Positions 53,158 through 62,310 are shown, counted from the stretch's first letter. The stretch: DNA of 64,000 bases from an uncultured Candidatus Peribacteria bacterium (GCA_964344725.1 CAYFOI010000003.1:1520-65519), one strand, 5' to 3'. The notes: generated by a model not told the origin, from the letters alone. Numbers and translations are program-made.

Positions 53158-54174
53158 ATGTCCCGAGAATCTGGTTTTACGGTTGTTCCGGAGGGTGCGG
53201 AGCGTGTAAAAGTTTTTATTATTACGGGGACGGAATGTTGTGATGAAGGCTTGTGTTTGTATCGAGAACTATATACAAGGTTATTCCAGAGTGCTGGTAT
53301 TTCTCCTGAGAATATTGTTATTTGTAGTACTTGTTTCAATTGGCTAGATATTATGAAGTCTGAGTGGGAAGGAGAGGATTCTCCGAAAATTGTGTTGGTT
53401 GAATACGGTTCTAGTCGTGGTATGTTTATTAATTTTAATGATTTTTGTTGTTTGCCAGAGGGTAGGGTTGCGACTATTTCTTTTGAAGAGGCTGTCAAAG
53501 TTGGTTCAAGTTTTACTTCTCATGAAAAAATGTTTGTGGTGGCAGGTAAACCTTTTAAGATTGCGGGCTTTGTTGCTTTGATTGGGTCTTGTATTAAGTT
53601 TGTTGTTGATGGCAGAGGTATTGCGGATGACGAATTGTCTTCTATCGAGGGTAATTATGGTGTTGATGAAGTTGAGCCGGGGTCTATGCTTGATCTTAAG
53701 CGTGGTAGGCATTTAGTTGTGCCTAGTGAGTTACCGGCGCGAGTTATGACGAGTAGTGACTTTTTTAAATCTACAAATAGGCATCTTGGTGATGGTCTCG
53801 TTTCTGTTGAATTGGATGAAGAACAGGATTCTCGTGTTTGGCGAGAAATTTTATATGGGTATTTAACTTCGAGTATTTTCCGAGAATATTTGCAAAGCGC
53901 TCCTCATTTATTTGCTCGCGACTTTTTGAGCACGACTAATTTGGTTTTTTGGAGAATGATTTTTGCGGAAGATCCTGGTTTATATGCTGATTACGAAGAT
54001 TTGTTTTTTGAAATTGAAGAGCTTTATAATTGGGCTACGCGTGGGGGCGAGGGAGATGAAAGGTGGTCGCGTTTTTGTGCTGCTATGAGAGATTTGTTTT
54101 TTGATCCTTCTTGTAAGGGTGTGTTTCGAGGATTTTTGAGTACTCTCGAAGCTTCATTTAGGGATTCTGCGTGA
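53158..54174 (+). CDS. Hypothetical cytoplasmic protein (338 aa, Cys- and Phe-rich orphan)
   Basis: A long ORF with its own promoter. It has no TM segment or signal peptide, and no motif I recognise. Confidence 0.5.
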   Translation: MSRESGFTVVPEGAERVKVFIITGTECCDEGLCLYRELYTRLFQSAGISPENIVICSTCFNWLDIMKSEWEGEDSPKIVLVEYGSSRGMFINFNDFCCLPEGRVATISFEEAVKVGSSFTSHEKMFVVAGKPFKIAGFVALIGSCIKFVVDGRGIADDELSSIEGNYGVDEVEPGSMLDLKRGRHLVVPSELPARVMTSSDFFKSTNRHLGDGLVSVELDEEQDSRVWREILYGYLTSSIFREYLQSAPHLFARDFLSTTNLVFWRMIFAEDPGLYADYEDLFFEIEELYNWATRGGEGDERWSRFCAAMRDLFFDPSCKGVFRGFLSTLEASFRDSA

Positions 54175-54175
54175 T

Positions 54176-54694
54176 TTAAGCCGCAGGTGGCATATATATT
54201 TCAATGCCAAAAATCATTTCTAAATGGGTTTTGATACGGTTGTAACCTTCTGATAGTTGGTGCGGTAAAACTACTAAATCTTTCGGTTCGACTCCTGTAA
54301 TAGCTGCCAATATTTGAAAAGCTTCTCTTTCGTCATCACTTTTGGTTAATTTTTCCATTGCTATAGTTATACATATATCTATTAATTCTCTTAGGGTTGT
54401 TGGTGTATCTCGTTCTTCTAAATTGATTTGTAAATATCTTTTAAGGAATCTTATTGCTCCAGATCTTGCCCCGGGGTCTCTGTTTACGGAATCCGAGAGG
54501 GCTAATGCTGCGTTCCATGCTAATCTTCTTCGTGCTTCGGTAATTTCTTCTTCCTCAATTTCAAATCCTCTTCCTAATGTTTCTATTCTTCTTTCTTCCT
54601 CGTCAAAATCTAGCGGTACTTGGCTAATAGGCAATCGTTTTATACGTGGCGGAGGAAAAGTTATGATAGTTCCTTCTTCTTGTGTTTTGCGCAT
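54176..54694 (-). CDS. Hypothetical acidic protein (172 aa) downstream of rsmA
   Basis: The ORF starts 25 nt after the rsmA stop on the same strand and converges with the 53158 gene, leaving a 1-nt gap between the two stops. Confidence 0.45.
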   Translation of the reverse strand: MRKTQEEGTIITFPPPRIKRLPISQVPLDFDEEERRIETLGRGFEIEEEEITEARRRLAWNAALALSDSVNRDPGARSGAIRFLKRYLQINLEERDTPTTLRELIDICITIAMEKLTKSDDEREAFQILAAITGVEPKDLVVLPHQLSEGYNRIKTHLEMIFGIEIYMPPAA

Positions 54695-54719
54695 GTTGTG
54701 TCAACTAAGGTTGTCGATT

Positions 54720-55466
54720 CTATAGCAACCTTTCCCAATCTGCAAGTGATAACTCTTGTGCGCGGGCGTTTTTGTTTAATTCGAGTTTTTCTAAGATTTC
54801 TTCGTCGATTCCGAGATTTTTTGCGAGTTTTTTTCTTTTGTGAGCAAACCCTTTATGGACGAGGGTGAAAAGTTTTTCTAGGTCTTTATCGTTTACCAGT
54901 GGCTTATCGATTTCTATATTTAGTATTGCTGAATTTACTTTTGGTGCTGGTTTGAAGTGTGAAGGGGGGACTTTGGAAATTATTTTTGGTTTACCAAAGG
55001 CTTGAATGTCAATTGCGAGGACATTCAAGTTTCCGGGTTTAGCACAAGCTTTTTGGGCTACTTCGCGTTGGACTAGGAGTGTCATTTGGGTTGGTCTGCG
55101 ATCTTGTGGTTGGTGACGCAGAAAATGATTAATGATAGGGGAGGTGATGTAGTATGGGATGTTTGCGACAAGTTTGTATGGACCCTTTGGTGGAGTGAAA
55201 TCGAGTGCATCTTGGTGTAATAAATTTAAATTAGGGAATTTTTTTTCAAGTTCAGGGATTAGATCTTTGTCGAGTTCGATTGCTGTGACTTTTTTGGTTT
55301 TTTTAAGTAGTTCTGCGGTTAGAATCCCGTGGCCTGGGCCAATCTCTATGACGTGGTCTTCTTCTGAAATATTTGCAGCTTTAAGAATCTTCGCGAGGGT
55401 ATTGCGATTTATTAAGAAGTTTTGTCCTAGATGTTTCTTTGGTTTGATGATTTGGAGTTTTAGAAT
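54720..55466 (-). CDS. rsmA: 16S rRNA (adenine1518/1519-N6)-dimethyltransferase; N-terminus needs a non-canonical start
   Basis: The track lists only the C-terminal 121 aa, from the ATG at 55085. My upstream translation in the same frame is open back to a TAA at 55482-55484. It encodes the missing N-terminal half (KKHLGQNFLINRNTL, HVIEIGPGHGILTAELL, LVANIPYYITSPII). That stretch contains no ATG, GTG or TTG. The 5' end given here (ATT at 55464-55466) is a guess. Confidence 0.75.
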   Translation of the reverse strand: MLKLQIIKPKKHLGQNFLINRNTLAKILKAANISEEDHVIEIGPGHGILTAELLKKTKKVTAIELDKDLIPELEKKFPNLNLLHQDALDFTPPKGPYKLVANIPYYITSPIINHFLRHQPQDRRPTQMTLLVQREVAQKACAKPGNLNVLAIDIQAFGKPKIISKVPPSHFKPAPKVNSAILNIEIDKPLVNDKDLEKLFTLVHKGFAHKRKKLAKNLGIDEEILEKLELNKNARAQELSLADWERLL

Positions 55467-55687
55467 TCTATTTTGATAAGTTTAAGTGGGTCCGATTTGC
55501 CGCTTACGATTGTTATTGCGCTTTTGTCGACTTCGAAATGCTTTGCTAGGAATTTAATGAGCTCTTTGTTGGCTTTGCCTTTTTCAGGTGGTGCTGCTAC
55601 GCGGATTTTGATTGTTCCGTCGTCGAGAGTGTCAACGATTTCTGTTTTTGGGCTTTTTGGCAAAACTTTTACTCGAATATACTTCAC
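55460..55687 (-). CDS. YggU/DUF167-family protein
   Basis: 75 aa with the motifs IRVAAPPEKGKANKELIKFLAKHF and ITIVSGKSDPLK. Its GTG start overlaps the TGA stop of the upstream ATPase gene (GTGA). Confidence 0.7.
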   Translation of the reverse strand: MKYIRVKVLPKSPKTEIVDTLDDGTIKIRVAAPPEKGKANKELIKFLAKHFEVDKSAITIVSGKSDPLKLIKIEF

Positions 55688-58452
55688 GCTTTTTTGAGTT
55701 TAAAAATCAGTTTCCTAATTTCTTCCAAAACAAACACACTAGACGATGCTACGATGATCGTGAGCCATTCGGTTCCAGACAAATGTGTGGTGCCGAGTAG
55801 AGTTTGAATAAAAGGTATCTCAACCATTGCGAATACCGTGAGAATTGAAATTGCGATAGCTCCTAAGAGATATGGATTGCTGAAAAACCCAAGGTTGAAA
55901 ATTGAATGCCGCATGCTGCGTGAATTGATTGCGTTCCACATTTGAACAAATACGAGAAGTGCGAATGCGGAGGTAGAAGCTTTGAGGTAAGAGGAGTTGT
56001 CGCCATTCAGTACGAAATAGAAATATATCGTTACGAGACCTCCTATGAAGAGGCCGAGGTATACGAAGTGAATTATGAAGTTTTTCTGTAGGATATTTTC
56101 TTTAGGGTTTCTAGGTGGTGTTTTCATCGTGTCGGGATCTTCTTTGTCTATCCCTAGTGCGAGAGCTGGTAAGACATCAGTCCCTAGGTCTACACAGAGT
56201 ATTAATATAGCTGTCAGAGGGGCGGGCATTTTTAGCAATATTGCGGCAAATACGGTTGTAAGTTCGCCAATGTTACATGAGAAGATGTAGAAGATGAATT
56301 TGCGTAAGTTTTGGTAGATTTTGCGGCCTTCTTCGATGGCTGTGACGATTGTTCCATAGCTGTCGTCGGTCAGGACCATATTGCTGGCCTCTTTGCTTAC
56401 ATCTGTACCTGCGATGCCCATAGCTACTCCTATGTCGGCGCGTTTTAGTGCTGGTGCATCGTTAACGCCGTCTCCCGTCATTGCGACTATTTCACCGTGT
56501 TTTTTGAGGACTGCGACGATCTTGAGTTTGTGCTGTGGGCTTACGCGTGAGAAGACGATTTCTTCGTTGTCTTTGATTATTTTTGAAAGTCTTGGTTCTG
56601 AGAGAGTTTGCAGTTCGGCTCCTCTGACGATGCGTGGATTTTTGGTTGTTACAATGCCGACTTGTCTTGCTATCGCTTCTGCTGTAACGCCGTAATCTCC
56701 GGTGATTACGTAAGTTTTTATTCCTGCTTGATGGGTTAGTTTTACAGCTTCGGCTACCTCTGGGCGTGGTGGGTCGATCATTCCCATTAATCCTATGAAT
56801 ATCAGTTCTTCTTCGGCTTCTTTACGTCTGTATGTTTTTTCTTTAGGAACCTCTTTGTATGCGAAAGCAAGAACTCTGAGGGCATTTTTTGCCATTCGTT
56901 CATTGTTGTCTTTGATCTGTTTGCGTAGCTTTGGAGTGAGCTCTTCTTTTTGGCCGTGGATTAAGATGTGAGTACAGTCTTTGAGGACTTCGGTTGTTGC
57001 TCCTTTTGTGAATACATGGGCTGTTTTGTTTAGTTTTTTTTCAGAAATTACACTCATCATTTTTCTCTCGGAGTTGAATGGCACTTCGAGTTTTCGTTTC
57101 CATTTTTGGGTGAGTTTTGCAGTTTCAAAACCCATTTTTTCGCTAGCTGTAAGTAGTGCTCCTTCGGTTGGATCGCCTATGATTTTCCACTTGCCTTTGT
57201 CCTCGACGAGACTTGCATTGTTACATAGAGCTGATGCTGTTCCGAGTAGTTCCAGAGCGTTATGTAGTTCTATATTGTTGTTTGCCAGTGATTCTAAATT
57301 GTGATCGTCGAAATCGTCTTCTTCGTTGTCTGGTGTTGTGGCTAAAGATATTTTTACATTTGTCCCTGTGATGTGGAGAGCTCCTTTTGGGTTGTATCCG
57401 ACACCGTGAACTCGAATGTTGTACTGCGGTATAAAAATCTCTTTTACAGTCATCTCGTTCTTGGTGAGAGTCCCTGTTTTATCTGTACAGATAACCGTTG
57501 TAGATCCGAGAGTTTCGACAGATGAGAGTTGTTTTACTATCGCATTTTTCTTGGCGAGTCTCTGTACTCCAAGGGCCAAAGCTATTGTAATAGTTGCCGG
57601 CAAACCTTCTGGTACGGCGGCTACGGCTACTGATGTTGCGAAAAGGATTGTGTCTATGAGTTTCTCGCCTTGGATGAAGTATCCTGTGAGAAATAAAACA
57701 ATTGAGATTACTAATGTGATTTTTCCCACAAATACACCTATTCGCAGTAGCTCTTTCTCTAGTGGGCTTATGTCTTTTTTTGTGGCTGTTGTTAGATGTG
57801 CTATTTGGCCAAACATTGTTTCCATTCCTGTTCTTATAACTATTGCGCGTCCATGTCCTTTTGTGACTGTGGTCCCCATGAATACTATGTTCTGATGTTC
57901 GTCTAAGTTGATGTGTTTTTTGTCTATGGCCTCGGTTGTTTTTTTAACAGGTGTAGATTCGCCTGTGAGGGTTGATTCGTTCGCTTCTAAATCAATTTCT
58001 TCGATTAGTCTGGCGTCTGCGCTTATTTGGTCTCCTTCTTCTATTATCAAAATGTCTCCAGGTACCAAGTCTCTTGCGTCTATAATTTTTTCACGTCCGT
58101 CTCGTATGACTTTTGCGTGTGGCTGAATCATGTTTTTTAGCGCTTCAAGCGCTTTTTCTGCTTTGAATTTTTGGACGAAACCTATGATGGCGTTTAATCC
58201 AACTATAAAAAGTATCACAGATGCGTCGATGGTTTCTCCTGCTATCCAGGCTAAAGTTGCAGCCAAGATAAGGATGATGACCATCAAGTCTTTGAATTCC
58301 TCTAAGAACTGGATGACTAGGGGTTTGCGTTTTTTGACTTTAAGTTGATTGCGTCCGTATTCTTTTTGACGCGACCTGATCTCTGTTGCTTTTAGTCCGT
58401 TGAGGCTTGTTTTGAAAAGTTTTAGGAGCTCTGTTTGTGTTTTTCGGTGCAT
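55684..58452 (-). CDS. P-type cation-transporting ATPase, type II (Ca2+ or Na+/K+-like)
   Basis: Motifs TGES, CTDKTGTLT, MTGDGVNDAPALK, TM4 AVPEGLPA and TM6 ILCVDLGTDVLPALALG. The N-terminus is a cation-ATPase N domain (LNGLKATEIRSRQKEYGRNQL). Confidence 0.9.
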   Translation of the reverse strand: MHRKTQTELLKLFKTSLNGLKATEIRSRQKEYGRNQLKVKKRKPLVIQFLEEFKDLMVIILILAATLAWIAGETIDASVILFIVGLNAIIGFVQKFKAEKALEALKNMIQPHAKVIRDGREKIIDARDLVPGDILIIEEGDQISADARLIEEIDLEANESTLTGESTPVKKTTEAIDKKHINLDEHQNIVFMGTTVTKGHGRAIVIRTGMETMFGQIAHLTTATKKDISPLEKELLRIGVFVGKITLVISIVLFLTGYFIQGEKLIDTILFATSVAVAAVPEGLPATITIALALGVQRLAKKNAIVKQLSSVETLGSTTVICTDKTGTLTKNEMTVKEIFIPQYNIRVHGVGYNPKGALHITGTNVKISLATTPDNEEDDFDDHNLESLANNNIELHNALELLGTASALCNNASLVEDKGKWKIIGDPTEGALLTASEKMGFETAKLTQKWKRKLEVPFNSERKMMSVISEKKLNKTAHVFTKGATTEVLKDCTHILIHGQKEELTPKLRKQIKDNNERMAKNALRVLAFAYKEVPKEKTYRRKEAEEELIFIGLMGMIDPPRPEVAEAVKLTHQAGIKTYVITGDYGVTAEAIARQVGIVTTKNPRIVRGAELQTLSEPRLSKIIKDNEEIVFSRVSPQHKLKIVAVLKKHGEIVAMTGDGVNDAPALKRADIGVAMGIAGTDVSKEASNMVLTDDSYGTIVTAIEEGRKIYQNLRKFIFYIFSCNIGELTTVFAAILLKMPAPLTAILILCVDLGTDVLPALALGIDKEDPDTMKTPPRNPKENILQKNFIIHFVYLGLFIGGLVTIYFYFVLNGDNSSYLKASTSAFALLVFVQMWNAINSRSMRHSIFNLGFFSNPYLLGAIAISILTVFAMVEIPFIQTLLGTTHLSGTEWLTIIVASSSVFVLEEIRKLIFKLKKA

Positions 58453-58518
58453 TTTTTTGTTAACTAGGAACTTGGAGTTAGGAACTAGTAGTGTTGGAGC
58501 GCTTTGCGCGGTTTAATT

Positions 58519-59169
58519 TTATTTTAGGTGGTCGTGGCGCCATTTCTCGATTTTTGCATGGTTGCCGCTGAGTAGGACTTTTGGGACTTCCAGCCCTTTG
58601 AATTTTGGTGGGCGAGTGTAGTGTGGGTACTCTTTTTTGCCACTTAATCTTCTTGAAAAAGAGTCTTCTAAGGCTGATTCGTTATCGTGGAGTGAACCTG
58701 GTAGTTGTCTTGTTATTGTGTCTACAAGAACCATTGCAGGGAGTTCACCTCCTGTTAGTACATAATCTCCGATTGAAATTTCTTCATCTACGAGCTCGTC
58801 TCGGATTCTTTGATCTATTCCTTCGTATCTTCCACAAAGGATGATCATTGAGTCTAATTTTGCGAGCTTTCTTGTGCGTGTGTGGGTAAGTTGCTTGCCT
58901 TGCGGTGTCATGAAGACAACAGGGCCTTTATTTTGTTTTTTCACGGCTTTTATTGTGTCGAAGATTGGTTGGCAAGTCATTAGCATGCCTGCGCCGCCTC
59001 CGTAAGGTATATCGTCGACTTTTTTGTGTTTGTCCTTTGAATATGTGCGAATATCGTGCGTATGAACCTCTATGATGCCTTGTTCAATGGAACGTCCTAT
59101 TATTGAGTGTTTGAAATAAGGGTTGTCCTCTATGAAGCTTGGGAAAATTGTAAGTATGTCGAACCGCAT
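58519..59169 (-). CDS. trmD: tRNA (guanine37-N1)-methyltransferase
   Basis: Motifs MRFDILTIFPSF, DDIPYGGGAGMLM, ILCGRYEGIDQR, ISIGDYVLTGGELPAMVL and GNHAKIEKWR. I trimmed the start from the GTG at 59196 to the ATG at 59169. Confidence 0.9.
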   Translation of the reverse strand: MRFDILTIFPSFIEDNPYFKHSIIGRSIEQGIIEVHTHDIRTYSKDKHKKVDDIPYGGGAGMLMTCQPIFDTIKAVKKQNKGPVVFMTPQGKQLTHTRTRKLAKLDSMIILCGRYEGIDQRIRDELVDEEISIGDYVLTGGELPAMVLVDTITRQLPGSLHDNESALEDSFSRRLSGKKEYPHYTRPPKFKGLEVPKVLLSGNHAKIEKWRHDHLK

Positions 59170-59206
59170 ATGTTTTCGGGTATTAATTCGAGTCACATTC
59201 TATAAC

Positions 59207-59234
59207 AAAAAACCCCCCGCCGGAAGGCGAGGGG
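59207..59234 (-). terminator. Rho-independent terminator after rpsI
   Basis: On the minus strand, CCCCTCGCC-TTCC-GGCGGGGGG is followed by TTTTTTG. Confidence 0.75.
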
Positions 59235-59330
59235 TAGGGAAGGTGGTGATAATGTGTTTTGCTTTGCAAAACGAATAATAGTATTGCGCTCTTTGAGCGC
59301 TAGGGGGCTGTGCGCCTTCGGCGTGTCCTT

Positions 59331-59762
59331 TTATCTCTTAGACCACTGCGGTGCTCTTCTCGCTTTCTTGAGTCCGTATTTCTTTCTTTCTTTTGTTCTT
59401 GAGTCTCTGGTGAGGTATCCAGCTTTTTTCAATGTTGTCCTTAGTTCGGCATCATATTCTAGTAGAGCTTTTGCGATACCGTGTCTAATAGCCTCTGCTT
59501 GTCCTGTAGGACCGCCGCCTAAAACTTTAGCTGATATATCAAAGTCTTTAACTTTTTTAACTAGTTTCAAAGGAGCTAGCATAGCTCCGATTAGTTCATT
59601 TACTTTTAGATATTCTCTGCCCTCTTGGTTATTTATAACTATTTTCCCTGTGCCTTTGTATAGTCTTACACGTGCGACAGAAGTTTTTCTTTTACCGCAA
59701 GCGTAGTAGTATTTACCGCTTAGTTTGATTGGTGAAGTTGTTGTTTCGTCTTTTTTTGGCAT
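59331..59762 (-). CDS. rpsI: 30S ribosomal protein S9
   Basis: [19 protein letters not shown] and the C-terminal [12 protein letters not shown]. Confidence 0.93.
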   Translation of the reverse strand: MPKKDETTTSPIKLSGKYYYACGKRKTSVARVRLYKGTGKIVINNQEGREYLKVNELIGAMLAPLKLVKKVKDFDISAKVLGGGPTGQAEAIRHGIAKALLEYDAELRTTLKKAGYLTRDSRTKERKKYGLKKARRAPQWSKR

Positions 59763-59808
59763 ATTGATTAGCTTTTTAGGTATTTAGCTAGTTGGCTATT
59801 TAGATTTA

Positions 59809-60243
59809 TTATAGTTCGATTGGTTCTGGATTCTGAGCTGTGTGCTTATGTTCTTCTCCAGCGTAGATTTTTAATTTTGATAAAACATGTGTTCTTAATC
59901 TGTTTCTTGGGACCATCCCTTTTACAGCTTCTGCAAGGATGTTTTCAGGCTTTTTTTCTCTCATTTCACGAGCTGTAGTCTCTTTTAGAGCTCCTGGGTA
60001 TCCGCTGTGTCTGTAGTATTTCTTTTGATCCCATTTTTGACCTGAAAGCTTGATCTTGTCTGCGTTGATAACAACGACATGATCTCCGCAGTCGATGTGT
60101 GGCGAGAAGGTTGGCTTGTTTTTTCCTCTTAAGATTACTGCGATTTTTGTTGCTAGTCTTCCAAGAGTTTTACCTTTTGCGTCTACTAAGTACCATTTTC
60201 GGTTCTTATCGATGTCTTCTAGTTTTGGTGAGAATGTCTTCAT
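59809..60243 (-). CDS. rplM: 50S ribosomal protein L13
   Basis: [45 protein letters not shown]. Confidence 0.93.
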   Translation of the reverse strand: MKTFSPKLEDIDKNRKWYLVDAKGKTLGRLATKIAVILRGKNKPTFSPHIDCGDHVVVINADKIKLSGQKWDQKKYYRHSGYPGALKETTAREMREKKPENILAEAVKGMVPRNRLRTHVLSKLKIYAGEEHKHTAQNPEPIEL

Positions 60244-60246
60244 TTC

Positions 60247-60597
60247 TTAAGTGAGTTTTACGATTACCATTGGTGCTGCGTCTCCTGCTCTTTCGCCAGC
60301 CCTTATAGTCTTTGTGTATCCAGAGTTCTTGTCTGTATATCTTGGTGCGATTACTTCCATAAGTTTTTTGGCAGCGTTCTTGTCGTGCAAGTGTCTATTT
60401 ACTTCTCTTATCGCGCTTACCTTATTCTCTTTTTTTGCTTGGTTTATTAGTTTGTCTATGAAACTTTTTAAGATCTTTGCGCGAGCTTCTGTAGTTTTAA
60501 TTTGTTCGTGTAATACTAATGACTCAGCTAGCCCTCTGATGAGTGCTTCTCTGCGTCCTTTCGGCAATATTAATCTTCTTTTTTTCTGGTGTCGCAT
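60247..60597 (-). CDS. rplQ: 50S ribosomal protein L17
   Basis: MRHQKKRRLILPKGRREALIRGLA...IKTTEARAK. It lies downstream of rpoA. Confidence 0.9.
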   Translation of the reverse strand: MRHQKKRRLILPKGRREALIRGLAESLVLHEQIKTTEARAKILKSFIDKLINQAKKENKVSAIREVNRHLHDKNAAKKLMEVIAPRYTDKNSGYTKTIRAGERAGDAAPMVIVKLT

Positions 60598-60655
60598 TGT
60601 TAGTCAGTAGTTAGTGGGAATTAGTCAGTAGAGTGTGGATGAGAATTTATATGAT

Positions 60656-61633
60656 TTATTCTTCTTCTGCAAGAGTTAAATCGCGTTCTTTTAGTGCGTC
60701 TGCTACCTCTGTTAGAGCTTTTTTACCGAATCCTCTTAAGTTGTTAAGTTTAGACTCTGTACATTTTGTAAGTTGTTCAATAGATCCGATTCCCCCATTG
60801 ATTAGAGAGTTAAGAGTCCTTGGAGAAAGTCCCAGGATCTCTATTGGTGTGTACATCTCTTGTGCTGGTTTCTTCGAGTCTTCCTCTGCTGATTTTTGTG
60901 CAATCTGATCAAAATCACTCATGAACTCTGCTTCGACAGGAGTCTCTGATTTGTCGAAAATGCTGAAGTAAGATTCTAGAACGTTTGCAGCAAATTTTAT
61001 TGCGTCTTCTGGCGAAATAGATCCGTTTGTTTGGATCTCCATGATTAGTTTGTCGAGGTTTGTCATTTTACCGACACGAGTTGCTTCGACATCGTATTTG
61101 ATCTTCTCGATTGGGGTGAATACTCTGTCTATTTCGATTACTTCTGGGTCTTGTCCTTCTTTTTTGTCTAAAGTTGAAGGTGTGTAGCCAACTCCTTTCT
61201 CAATATATACTTCCATCTCAATTTTTCCTCCTTTGTCTAAAGTTGTGATGTACAGATCTTTGTTTAGCACTTCTACATCACTTGGTGCTTTGAGTTCTTT
61301 TGCGGTTACTTCTCCTGCTTTATTTGCCGTTAGCGTTATAGTTGATTTCTCTTTGGTATCTTTCTTTACGTTTAGCTGTTTTAGGTTTAGAACTATGTCC
61401 AAAACACTTTCTTTTACTCCTTTAAGAGTAGTGTATTCGTGGGATACCCCTTTGATTTTTACGCCTGAGACAGCTGCTCCTGGCAATGATGATAATAAGA
61501 CCCTTCGTAGTGCGTTACCCAAAGTCATTCCGTACCCTGATGGTAATGGACTTATTGTGATAATTGCACTATTGTCATCTTTCTCTTCGATGACTATTTT
61601 TGGGAGTCCGATTTCTTCTTGTATGATATGCAT
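60656..61633 (-). CDS. rpoA: DNA-directed RNA polymerase alpha subunit
   Basis: Motifs GYGMTLGNALRRVLLSSLPGAAV and VYIEKGVGY, plus the C-terminal domain IEILGLSPRTLNSL...L. Confidence 0.93.
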   Translation of the reverse strand: MHIIQEEIGLPKIVIEEKDDNSAIITISPLPSGYGMTLGNALRRVLLSSLPGAAVSGVKIKGVSHEYTTLKGVKESVLDIVLNLKQLNVKKDTKEKSTITLTANKAGEVTAKELKAPSDVEVLNKDLYITTLDKGGKIEMEVYIEKGVGYTPSTLDKKEGQDPEVIEIDRVFTPIEKIKYDVEATRVGKMTNLDKLIMEIQTNGSISPEDAIKFAANVLESYFSIFDKSETPVEAEFMSDFDQIAQKSAEEDSKKPAQEMYTPIEILGLSPRTLNSLINGGIGSIEQLTKCTESKLNNLRGFGKKALTEVADALKERDLTLAEEE

Positions 61634-61683
61634 GTGTAAGAAGATAGGTTAGGGGATGTGAAATTTATATGCGAATTTTTGTT

Positions 61684-62310
61684 TTATTTAGAGTAGAACT
61701 CAACGATAAGCTGAGTATCTATGTTTGATTCTGCATCATCCTTTTCTGGCATAGCGATTACTTCGCCTTTCAGATTGCCAAGGTCCACGTTTAGCCACTT
61801 TGGGCTTTTGAATTTCTTGTTCTTTTTTGCTGCTTCGAATAGAGGGCTTCCTTTTTTTCCTTCCTTTACTTCAAATGAGTCTCCAACTTTTACTGTGATT
61901 GATGGTACGTCTACTGTTCGTCCGTTTAATTTAATAAGACCATGGCTTACTATCTGTCTTGCCTGGTCTCTAGATTCAGCGAGACCTGCTCTGTAGATAA
62001 CATTGTCTAATCTTGTTTCCAGTAGTTTTAATAGAGCTGTACCTGTGACTTCCGATTGTTTGTCAGCTTTTTTGTAATATTCAGCAAATTGACTTTCGCT
62101 TATTCCGTAAATTCGTCTAGCTTTCTGTTTTGCTCTTAAATGTCTTCCGTACTCGGTCTGTTTGCCAAACCGATTTTTCCCTAGTTGTCCTGGAGCGTAA
62201 TTTCTTCTAGTAATTGCACATTTTTGCCCTTCGCAACGTGATCCTTTCAGGAAGAGTTTTTCTCCTTCGCGTCTACATAATTTGCATTTTGATCCTGTGT
62301 ATCGAGCCAT
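61684..62310 (-). CDS. rpsD: 30S ribosomal protein S4
   Basis: MARYTGSKCKLCRREGEKLFLKG and RLDNVIYRAGLAESRDQARQIVSHG. Confidence 0.93.
   Translation of the reverse strand: MARYTGSKCKLCRREGEKLFLKGSRCEGQKCAITRRNYAPGQLGKNRFGKQTEYGRHLRAKQKARRIYGISESQFAEYYKKADKQSEVTGTALLKLLETRLDNVIYRAGLAESRDQARQIVSHGLIKLNGRTVDVPSITVKVGDSFEVKEGKKGSPLFEAAKKNKKFKSPKWLNVDLGNLKGEVIAMPEKDDAESNIDTQLIVEFYSK

Noticed and set aside
55440-55490. A programmed -1 frameshift fusing the YggU-like ORF to rsmA.
   Set aside because: The rsmA frame is -1 relative to the YggU frame, but the overlap (CTT ATC AAA ATA GAA TTC TAA) contains no X-XXY-YYZ slippery heptamer and no downstream stimulatory structure. Initiation at a near-cognate ATT or ATC codon, or a sequencing error, is more economical.
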